A stretch of DNA of 62,323 nucleotides from a virus (Duplodnaviria; Caudoviricetes), in IMG/VR virus record IMGVR_UViG_3300006916_000050, positions 1-62,323 of that record; one strand, written 5' to 3'. The position numbers and the translations under genes were made by a program. Shown in pieces: positions 54,840 through 62,323 of this stretch; position 1 is the stretch's first letter; the number at the start of each line of letters is the position of its first letter. Under the pieces are notes generated by a model, which saw only the letters and a list, made by a program, of their open reading frames with translations, was not told the origin of the DNA and did no database searches.

Positions 54840-57800
54840 TTAAACCTCCTCGAATTCGATGATCCATGAATCGTTGCCCTTGTCGGTCATGCCGACGATG
54901 CGCAGCTTCGTCCCAGCCTTCAACAGCACCTCCGCTTCGTTGGCATGATGCGACGCGATCTGGATGTGCTTGCCGTTCTTCGACCTGATGTGCATCCGTA
55001 TGTTCGCGCCGAACGCCTTGCCCGGACTTGCCGACGTCGATGTGAACGCCTTCTCTGTGACGATCTCGCCAGCCGCGAACGCGTCCTTGTACTTCTTCAG
55101 GATCGAGCCATCGCCATCCCGGACTCCCCGGAAGACCATCCCGCTGTACGTGTCGAGCTTGTCCAGCGTCTTGTTGAGGACTTCCGTGAACGCGTCGTAG
55201 GTCTCCTTCTGATCGGCCGCGATCCTGTACTGCTTGCCGCCGCGTAAATAGTCGTTGAGCTTGGCATAGTAGCTCGACGTGTATTTAGAAACAGTAAACA
55301 GCTCAGTTGAGGCGAGCTCCTGAATCTTGTCGATGTTCGGGACCTTGAGACCGCGCTCGAAGTTGTTGACGAAGGTGCGGTGCGCTTCCTTCAGGGAGTT
55401 CTCGTCAACGAGGCCGCTCTTCGTCAACACGTCTTCGGCAGCCTGCGTGTCTGGTGAGATAGGGAGACGAACATACGAACGCGTGCGCAATGTAATGCCC
55501 GCGTAACGCCGCTGGTTGTCTGTCAGGTCGTCAACAGTGCGTGTAAACAGGTCGAGAGCGTTGGTTGCCTCCTGCCCCTTGTCGACCGCCGTCTTGAAGT
55601 CATTAAACGCGTTCAGGAGCGAGCTCTGGTATGCGTCGCTCTTTTGGAGCGTCTTGTCGGCGTCGATGGCCTTGATCTTGTTGCCGACGATGTTCTTGAT
55701 CTCTTCAGGGACGTTCACGAAGCCGGGATTGTCCACGCCGGGTCGTTCGTAGCCGTTGCCAGCGATCGCGTTCTTGAGCTCGGTATATGACAAGCTATCA
55801 GCACCGGTGGCTTGCGCGGCAGTGATGCTCGCCTTCTGGTGCGCTTCCTTGATAATCGTGAGCTGATTGACCTGCAGCTTCTTATACTTGTTCAAGAGAA
55901 TATCATTGTCGACTGTTCCCTTCGTGATGTAGTCGACGATGTCGTTCAGGTTCTTGTTGATCTTGTTCGCATGGCCCACGTCTACGCTCTCGGGGAGAGC
56001 GTTCAGGAGGTCGTCCATACCAGCCGGGAGCTTCTCTTGAACCGATTCGAGGATGTTGAGCGTGTTGTGCTGTATCCAGCCAGCCTTGCCCTTCGCGGAG
56101 AAGGTTGTCAACGCCTTCTGCTTCACGTCTGCGGAGACCTTCTTGATCACCATCTCGGCGAAGTTCGACGCGCCCTTCGCTGCGTTCGCCGCTTCGGTCA
56201 GCTCTGTGAGCGTCGCCTTGTTGGCCTTCAGGTCAGCGTAAGCGGCGAATTTCGTGATCATGGTCTCGATTGTCTTGAACACGTTCGAGTTCTGCTCCGC
56301 CGACATCGCCGACTTAGCAGGGAGAAGATCAAGGTTGTCGATGTCGAAGAACTGCTCGACGACGTCCTTCATCTGTATGAAGTCCGACTTCTGGAACGCG
56401 TTCAGGTTTTGCGACGCCTGTATTTTCGTCGGGTACACGATACCGTCAGGGACCTTGATCTGGATCGTCTGCGCTGCCGAGGCCGCTGCGGTCTTGGCCT
56501 TCGCCGCCGCGAGTTCTTCCTTGGTCAGGAGCGTCCCTGTCCAGTCTGCCTTGCCTTCCTTGTAGAAGTCGGTGAACGTCTTCTGCAGGTTGTCGACGAC
56601 CACTTGCTGCTTCGCCACCTGCGACGGGTTGATCGCTGCGATCTTCTGGAGGATCAGATCATAGCCGGGAGTGTCCTTCGGGACCATGTGCGCTGCGTTG
56701 TTCTTGAATATCTGGACCTTCTCGAGGTTAGCCTTGAACGTGTCCACCTGCTTTGGGAGAGACTTGATAAACAGATTCAGGTTCTTGATGTCGCCCTTCA
56801 CCGTGTCCTTGAGCTTTTTCGCGTAGGCCGCGTCCTTGCCGAGGAGCTCCACGTTCACCGCCTTGTTCGCGGTGTTCAGCATCGTGTTCAAGAGCGAGTT
56901 CAGTTTGTCCTTGTCGGCGAGGCCGAGCAGAGCCTTGATGGGGAGCTTCTCGAGTATCTTGTAGCCGCCGAGCTCGTCCATGACCGAGGAGACCTCGAGG
57001 AACGTCGTTTTCTGGATGTCCGACAGAGCGTCGCCGCTATACTCGAGCACCTTGAGCTCGGTCGTGGCTCCGCCGAGATCGGCGACCGGCTTCGCTTGCG
57101 CGACCGGAGTGTCGATAGCCAAGAACGGGGAGTCAGACTTCGGTAGCGGTGCCGGTGTGACAGGCTTCGGAGCGGCGACCGGCGTAGTCGGTGACAGGGG
57201 TGCCGCTTCCGCGCCGGTCTTCTTGAACGCCGAGGGTGAGAGCTTCTTGAGCTCTGCCAGTGTCAGAACCTTGCCGGAATCGTTCACGAACTTGTCAGGA
57301 CTGACTCCGCCCTTCTTCCACAGGTCGTATCGCACCGCCCCGAGGACGTCCTTCTGCGTCGATGCCGACTGTGTAGCCAGCCACTCGTAATATGTCTGGT
57401 TCGCTGGCACCTGCCCGTTCATACTCGCGCGCGTGCCGGGAGAGACCTCGTCGATGTCTATGCCGAGCTCCTTGAATGATTTCGTGACCGCCACTGTCGT
57501 CGACCTGCAATTCGGGTGCGCCGGTGGCCGGGGTCCATCGTTGATCGGGAATATCTTCCCGTCGCGATCCCTGCAGATCGGTGTCGTGCGAGTGTCAAGC
57601 GTAGCGACCCAGCGGACGCCCTTCATGATGTCCGCGTTCGCGGTCCATGCCGATTGCCTGCCGAGATTCGCCGCGTAGTTGATCGCTGTACGTGAGAACA
57701 TGGCGACGCCGTTGCGCGACGCCTGCCTGACGCCGTCCTTGTAGCGCAGCCCCTTCGTGCCGATCAGACGTCGAACGATCGAGTCTGTCGTCTCGCCTGC

Positions 57801-58268
57801 GACCATCATCTCGTTGATCGTGCGCCACGTACGGGTGAGGTCTGACCGCTTGAGCTGGTCAAGCCAGTCCTTGAGCTGCAGGCCGTTCATTGGGACCCTG
57901 CGGAGCGACGTCGCGATCACACCGGCGTTCGGGGTCGAGAGGGAGAGCGTGACGTCCTTCGGGATAGTTTGCTGCAGCGTGCCGACTTCGATGTCGGCCG
58001 AGGCCACGGCAGTCTCGAGAACGTCCTTGTTGATCTCGGTGCCGATCGCCCCGTGGACCTGTGACAGGATGGCGTTCACCTCCCTGCGCACGGCTTGACG
58101 CTTGGCGACCGAGAGCTCGGTGCCAGACTTGAGCAGGAGCTTCGCGAGCTCCTTGTCTGCGCCGTTGAGTAGCGCGAGCATGTCCTTCACAGAGGCGTTA
58201 CCCTTGCGCAGCCAGTTGATCTGCTGTCGCACGGCTTCGTTCAGGAGCTTGTCATTGACGGATGCCAT
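54840..58268 (-). CDS. MuF (SPP1 gp7-like) minor head protein with C-terminal ADP-ribosyltransferase
   Basis: WVATLDTRTTPICR..PPAHPNCRS (MuF); YT..LNDYLR, VFRGV, FTSTS, EAEVLL (R-S-E ART). Confidence 0.88.
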   Translation of the reverse strand: MASVNDKLLNEAVRQQINWLRKGNASVKDMLALLNGADKELAKLLLKSGTELSVAKRQAVRREVNAILSQVHGAIGTEINKDVLETAVASADIEVGTLQQTIPKDVTLSLSTPNAGVIATSLRRVPMNGLQLKDWLDQLKRSDLTRTWRTINEMMVAGETTDSIVRRLIGTKGLRYKDGVRQASRNGVAMFSRTAINYAANLGRQSAWTANADIMKGVRWVATLDTRTTPICRDRDGKIFPINDGPRPPAHPNCRSTTVAVTKSFKELGIDIDEVSPGTRASMNGQVPANQTYYEWLATQSASTQKDVLGAVRYDLWKKGGVSPDKFVNDSGKVLTLAELKKLSPSAFKKTGAEAAPLSPTTPVAAPKPVTPAPLPKSDSPFLAIDTPVAQAKPVADLGGATTELKVLEYSGDALSDIQKTTFLEVSSVMDELGGYKILEKLPIKALLGLADKDKLNSLLNTMLNTANKAVNVELLGKDAAYAKKLKDTVKGDIKNLNLFIKSLPKQVDTFKANLEKVQIFKNNAAHMVPKDTPGYDLILQKIAAINPSQVAKQQVVVDNLQKTFTDFYKEGKADWTGTLLTKEELAAAKAKTAAASAAQTIQIKVPDGIVYPTKIQASQNLNAFQKSDFIQMKDVVEQFFDIDNLDLLPAKSAMSAEQNSNVFKTIETMITKFAAYADLKANKATLTELTEAANAAKGASNFAEMVIKKVSADVKQKALTTFSAKGKAGWIQHNTLNILESVQEKLPAGMDDLLNALPESVDVGHANKINKNLNDIVDYITKGTVDNDILLNKYKKLQVNQLTIIKEAHQKASITAAQATGADSLSYTELKNAIAGNGYERPGVDNPGFVNVPEEIKNIVGNKIKAIDADKTLQKSDAYQSSLLNAFNDFKTAVDKGQEATNALDLFTRTVDDLTDNQRRYAGITLRTRSYVRLPISPDTQAAEDVLTKSGLVDENSLKEAHRTFVNNFERGLKVPNIDKIQELASTELFTVSKYTSSYYAKLNDYLRGGKQYRIAADQKETYDAFTEVLNKTLDKLDTYSGMVFRGVRDGDGSILKKYKDAFAAGEIVTEKAFTSTSASPGKAFGANIRMHIRSKNGKHIQIASHHANEAEVLLKAGTKLRIVGMTDKGNDSWIIEFEEV

Positions 58269-58454
58269 TTATACGGCTTTCGACTTGAACTTGATGTAGC
58301 GGAGTTGCACGCCCCTCCAGTAGTAGAGGGTGTCGTCTGTCGTGTCAAACGCTACAGCGTTGGAGGGTAGGCCGACGGGAGCTGCTCCCGTCGACTGTAA
58401 CACCAGATTGAAAGCCGACTGCGAGTCCTTCTCGATGTCGACTAGGCTCCGCAT
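58269..58454 (-). CDS. Small putative virion protein
   Basis: Coupled ORF; AFDTTDDTLYYW. Confidence 0.55.
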   Translation of the reverse strand: MRSLVDIEKDSQSAFNLVLQSTGAAPVGLPSNAVAFDTTDDTLYYWRGVQLRYIKFKSKAV

Positions 58455-58789
58455 CAGCTCTTGACGACGACACGGTACTCGTCGAGCGCCGGTGCCACGT
58501 TGAACTCGAGGTTGATGTTGTCAGCATCGACCCGGACCACGTTGCAGATCACGTCGTCGAGGCTCACCGTGTCGTAGACATGGACAATCACGTCGAGCGA
58601 GTTGAGCAGGTGAGCGACAGGAATCACCGTCAGGACGCCGTCGCCGATGTTAGCGGCGAACGATGTCGAGGACAGTGCGTCGACATACGATTTCGGGACC
58701 GCGTCGCCGGGGTCCACAGGGGTCGGGACGTTGATCGGCTTGGAGCCGTTCAGGAAGTCCAGATCGACGAGCACTTTTTTCGCAACCAT
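58454..58789 (-). CDS. Small putative virion structural protein
   Basis: PVDPGDAVPKSYVD; IGDG..HLLNSLDVIVHVYD. Confidence 0.65.
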   Translation of the reverse strand: MVAKKVLVDLDFLNGSKPINVPTPVDPGDAVPKSYVDALSSTSFAANIGDGVLTVIPVAHLLNSLDVIVHVYDTVSLDDVICNVVRVDADNINLEFNVAPALDEYRVVVKS

Positions 58790-58798
58790 GAGCGTCTC

Positions 58799-58993
58799 CT
58801 ATATCATTTGAACCGAGCCGGTTGTCGGTTCGTTGAACTCGACCTCAATGGTCGACGTGGTTATATTTACCACGGCCGGGATCACGACACAATTCCCTGC
58901 GTCGAGTATCTGGACGATCGGTATCCGCCCGAGGTTGTGAGTCACGACCCACTTCTCGGACGGCACCGTCTGCCAGTGTTGCGCGAGTTGCAC
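58799..58993 (-). CDS. Small putative virion structural protein
   Basis: WVVTHNLGRIPIVQILD, similar to the domain in the next gene. Confidence 0.6.
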   Translation of the reverse strand: MQLAQHWQTVPSEKWVVTHNLGRIPIVQILDAGNCVVIPAVVNITTSTIEVEFNEPTTGSVQMI

Positions 58994-60703
58994 CTAATCG
59001 GAACAGGAGCGAGCGCCGGTCTGCGGGTCGAACGTGCAGGATTCGCCTTGAGGCTCGTCTGCAGGTTGCTCGACCTTCGTCAGGATGCCGAATCGCTTGC
59101 CAGCTGCCCGGAATGTCGTGCAGCCCTTCGCTCCGCCGTCATATGCGGCCATGTACACCTTCTTGAACTCCTCGAAAGTTGCGTCGTCGCCGATATTACA
59201 CGTCTTTGAGACCGCACTGTCCACATATTTTTGAGCGGCGACCAGAACAGAGACGTGTTCCATGGGTGTGAGCTCGTCGGCGCACTTGGCTTTGACGCCG
59301 AACTCGCGCCAGCCGTAGTCCTTGACGCGAACCTTGATCGGACCCTCTGGCATGTTCATGATCCGGTCCTGCTCGAGAGCGAACACCGGCTCGATCCCGC
59401 CCGAGATGTTGTCGGCAGAGAACGCGATCGTCCCTGTCGGTGCCATCGAGGTCAAATGTGAGTTCCGTATCCCATATTGTGAGATAAGGTCCCGCACTTT
59501 GGGATCGAGTTGCTTGACGAAGTTGCCGTCGAGGTATTTCTCCTTGTCGAAGAGCGGGAACGAGCCCTTCTCCTTCGCGAGGAGCGCCGACGCCCGGTAG
59601 GCTTCGTTCATGAGCGTCTTCATCATCTTGTTTTGCGTGCGGATGTACGCCTCAGAGGCGTACGGATGCCCGCAGGCTTCGATCGCGTTCGCCAAGCCAG
59701 CGAAACCGATCCCCATGCGCCGCTTGTTCTGTTGCTCGAGCTGTTGCTGCTCGAGCGGGTATTGCGTCAGGTCGATGATGTTGTCGGTCGCCCGTATCAC
59801 GTTCGGGATGTCAGCCATCAGTTGCTCGTAGTCGATGTTCGTCTTGCCGCCCGAGCGCTTGACGTACTTGACCGCGTTATGCGATCCGAGCAAACACGCG
59901 CCGTAAGGCGGCAGGGGTTGCTCGCCACACGGGTTAGTCGCTGCGATATGCTCGCAATAGTAGAGATTGTTCATCCGGTTGATCGTGTCGAGGAACAGGA
60001 CGCCCGGTTCGGCGTAGTCCCACGTCGTCCGCATGATCAAGTCCCAGAGCGCCCGAGCGTCGACCGTAGAGACCGACTTGCCCTCGAACAGGAGGTCGGT
60101 GGCTCCGCCCTTCTTCACCGCTGCCATGAGACTGTCGAGCACGCCGACGGAGATGTTGAACCCTGTCAGCTTCGACAGATCAGACTTGATGCGCACGAAC
60201 TCCTCAATGTCCGGGTGATCCGAGCGGAGGACTGCCATCATAGCGCCCCGACGATTGCCTGCAGAGGCGACCGTCTTGCACATTGCATCATATGGACCCA
60301 TGAACGAGACCGCGCCAGAGGCCGGTTGCCCCTGCGACTTGATCATCGCGCCACGGTAGCGGATGGTGGAGAAGTCGTAGCCGATCCCGCCGCCCATGCG
60401 CATGGTCTTGAACGCCTCCTTGAGGCGGTCGAAGATTCCGTCCGTACTGTCCTCGATTGTCCCAGAGACGAAGCAGTTGACCGCAGTCACGGCGTGGACT
60501 CCGCCCACGGCTCTCTGTGAGCGTCCTGCGGGGAGATAGCGCTGGTTGGCGATGATCGACTTCATGGCGAGGCGGTGGTTCTCGTCGTCGGACGTTGCCC
60601 CGGAGAACCGGTAGACGAAGTCCATGAAGGTCTCGCCCGGTGCTCTGTATTTTTCCGCGTGGGTTCGCGCACATATTTTCTCTTGTGGTCCGTACTGTTC
60701 CAT
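58994..60703 (-). CDS. nrdJ: Class II (B12-dependent) ribonucleotide reductase
   Basis: TNPCGEQPL, APTGT, GGIEP, C-terminal Cys pair; no beta subunit gene seen. Confidence 0.9.
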   Translation of the reverse strand: MEQYGPQEKICARTHAEKYRAPGETFMDFVYRFSGATSDDENHRLAMKSIIANQRYLPAGRSQRAVGGVHAVTAVNCFVSGTIEDSTDGIFDRLKEAFKTMRMGGGIGYDFSTIRYRGAMIKSQGQPASGAVSFMGPYDAMCKTVASAGNRRGAMMAVLRSDHPDIEEFVRIKSDLSKLTGFNISVGVLDSLMAAVKKGGATDLLFEGKSVSTVDARALWDLIMRTTWDYAEPGVLFLDTINRMNNLYYCEHIAATNPCGEQPLPPYGACLLGSHNAVKYVKRSGGKTNIDYEQLMADIPNVIRATDNIIDLTQYPLEQQQLEQQNKRRMGIGFAGLANAIEACGHPYASEAYIRTQNKMMKTLMNEAYRASALLAKEKGSFPLFDKEKYLDGNFVKQLDPKVRDLISQYGIRNSHLTSMAPTGTIAFSADNISGGIEPVFALEQDRIMNMPEGPIKVRVKDYGWREFGVKAKCADELTPMEHVSVLVAAQKYVDSAVSKTCNIGDDATFEEFKKVYMAAYDGGAKGCTTFRAAGKRFGILTKVEQPADEPQGESCTFDPQTGARSCSD

Positions 60704-60737
60704 GGCGTGTAAACGCTCCTGTGTGAGATTGAGATGG

Positions 60738-60802
60738 AAACGGCGACGCCCGCAAGGACGCCGCCGAAAGGTTGACTGTAGACTACTGGTCGCTTTTGGC
60801 AA
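60738..60802 (-). promoter_or_regulatory. Promoter and leader hairpin for nrdJ
   Basis: TTGCCA-16-TACAGT then CGGCGGCGTCC-TTGC-GGGCGTCGCCG. Confidence 0.5.
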
Positions 60803-60834
60803 TAGCCTCGGCTTCCGCAGGATGGAAAGCGAGC

Positions 60835-61086
60835 CTATTTTGTGCGCGGGTCGTTCAGGGATTCCTTCGCTTCCGCGTGCGTCATGCACTTGGTCTCGAC
60901 GGAGGTAGGCTCGCCCCACTTCTCGATCCGACGCAGGACAGGCTCCTGCTTCAAGGCTTCCTCCTCCGCCACCGGCGCGGCGATCTCGCAATACACCAGA
61001 GGACGGGGTGGAATCAGCGCCATGCCATAGCACTCCGGCGAGCCCGATGCCCAGCACATCATTATGACCGCGAAAAATAGCTCCAC
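60835..61086 (-). CDS. Small exported Cys-containing protein
   Basis: Hydrophobic N-terminus; four Cys. Confidence 0.55.
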   Translation of the reverse strand: MELFFAVIMMCWASGSPECYGMALIPPRPLVYCEIAAPVAEEEALKQEPVLRRIEKWGEPTSVETKCMTHAEAKESLNDPRTK

Positions 61087-61089
61087 AGG

Positions 61090-62323
61090 TTAGTCCTCCT
61101 CGATTTCAGGGGTGATCGAATCGTTCGTAGGGTTGTCGATCTCGTCCGGCTCCGCTACGTCGAGCGGGTCGGGTGCGTCGAGCAGGTTGACCTCGTCGGT
61201 CATGATCTCGTCGACCTCCGCCTCGATCGTGCGCTTGCCGTCGACGATCTCGCCACGCTGGAGGTTCTCGTGCAGGGTCGTGCGCGAGATAGCGCCCGCC
61301 TGCCATGCCTTGACCAGCTCGGACAAGTCACCGGCAGCCATGCGACTGTCGTAAAAGTCCTTGTTCAGCTTGATGTCGACCTTGCTCGGGTCTGCGCCTG
61401 TCCAGTCCGCCGCCCAATAGAACAGACGATTGAGAGCGTGCTCCGCCATGTTGACGACCGAGAGCATCAGAGACGTCTCGGAGCGCCCGCGCATACGTGC
61501 AGTGTCGGTGCTCTCGTTGCGGTTCATGAACTCGGCGATCATGCGAGCGCCCAGCGCCGCCATGTTGCCCTCCTTGTCTTCCATGGCTTGCCGCTGCGCC
61601 GCTATGCCAGCGCCAGAGAACTCGAGCATCCCTGCCTTACCGTCTGGACCGAGCGCCCAGATCGTCGAAGGCCCGATCGTGCGTGGTCGCATCTCGTCGG
61701 TCACGGTGCCAGAAAACCACGGGGTCGGTTGCGCCGTGTAGAAGAGCGCGTGCTCATAGTCGGCAGAATTGCGATAGTGCGCCATATTGACGTTGACCAG
61801 ATCGAGGAACGGAGGCTTCTCGACCGTCGGTCGGTTGTCGTACGGGTTGACGAACACGAAGGGGATGTAGCCGAGCGACTTGCCCTTCACGCGCGGAACG
61901 ACCTCGTCGATCTTGATCATGCCCTCCTTCGCGTCCTTCCACCTTGACACTGTGTAAACACCATCGACCAGTGAGCACTCGATGTAGCAGGTCGTCTCGT
62001 CGCCCGTTGTTTCGTCGACCTCTACTTCGTCCTTGAGGAAGACCATCGTCAGAGCCTTGCGTCCGGCGACGATCTCCTGCTTCCAATTGACAATATCCTC
62101 GGCCATGTAGGTCGTGATGTATGGAACGTCGGCGACTGTTGCGAATTCAGGGAAGTCGAGGAGCATGCCGTAGCGCCCGAGCGACAGAACCTCGCGGATG
62201 ATCTCGTCGATCATCACGTTGATCGGGGTCGCGTCGGACGTCGTTGCGGCGATCATTGGCTCGAGCTTGTCTGGCACGTTGATGATCGGGTCGTTGCGCA
62301 TGGCAAGGCCGACCATGCCGCGC
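61090..62323 (-). CDS. Portal protein (DUF4055-like), 3' part; about 480 aa in total
   Basis: IPFVFVN..EKPPFLDLVNVNMAHYRNSADYEHAL..TAQPTP motifs typical of DUF4055 portals; lies downstream of the terminase on the circle. Confidence 0.88.
   Translation of the reverse strand, partial: RGMVGLAMRNDPIINVPDKLEPMIAATTSDATPINVMIDEIIREVLSLGRYGMLLDFPEFATVADVPYITTYMAEDIVNWKQEIVAGRKALTMVFLKDEVEVDETTGDETTCYIECSLVDGVYTVSRWKDAKEGMIKIDEVVPRVKGKSLGYIPFVFVNPYDNRPTVEKPPFLDLVNVNMAHYRNSADYEHALFYTAQPTPWFSGTVTDEMRPRTIGPSTIWALGPDGKAGMLEFSGAGIAAQRQAMEDKEGNMAALGARMIAEFMNRNESTDTARMRGRSETSLMLSVVNMAEHALNRLFYWAADWTGADPSKVDIKLNKDFYDSRMAAGDLSELVKAWQAGAISRTTLHENLQRGEIVDGKRTIEAEVDEIMTDEVNLLDAPDPLDVAEPDEIDNPTNDSITPEIEED
61975..62323. 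repeat. Terminal direct overlap, copy 2
   Basis: Matches 1-349. Confidence 0.95.

Noticed and set aside
403-61947. Numerous plus-strand ORFs, some long (for example 11192..12937, 55812..57146, 35635..36741)
   Set aside because: They are antisense shadows of well-supported minus-strand genes in GC-rich DNA, with no recognisable motifs or RBSs.
1-62323. tRNA genes, introns or inteins, integrase and attP
   Set aside because: No cloverleaf or T-loop signatures noticed; PolA, TerL and NrdJ appear uninterrupted; no recombinase motifs recognised. A tRNAscan and HMM run is needed to be certain.

Overview
This window is an apparently complete, circularly permuted ~61,974-bp tailed (siphovirus-type) phage genome. 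Bases 1-349 repeat at 61975-62323, and the portal gene runs across the junction. Essentially all real genes are on the minus strand. It carries packaging (TerS/TerL/portal), head (MuF, scaffold, P22-gp5-like capsid), GTA-like tail, replication (PolA, AEP primase, SSB, three helicases, DEDDh exonuclease) and nucleotide-metabolism genes (NrdJ, dCMP deaminase, HD hydrolase, dATP/dGTP diphosphohydrolase), plus PhoH and islands of small early genes. I see no integrase or CI-type repressor. The GTA-like tail and the regulatory motifs point to an alphaproteobacterial host. The most striking signals are non-coding: (i) a pseudo-palindromic 8-mer GTGTAAAC found at least 21 times, both as the -35 box of hairpin-embedded early promoters and inside genes in all three frames; (ii) CtrA-type TTAACCAY boxes 14-15 bp upstream of nine -35 boxes, plus two perfect TTAA-N7-TTAAC sites; (iii) a 93-bp AT-rich repeat with an alphaproteobacterial LexA-type box (GAAC-N7-GAAC) upstream of both the replication and packaging operons; (iv) a pseudoknot-like leader in front of the capsid gene. 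A MuF-ADP-ribosyltransferase with a small downstream gene and a T5 A1-like nuclease are notable cargo. All family calls come from motif recognition by eye, not database searches.
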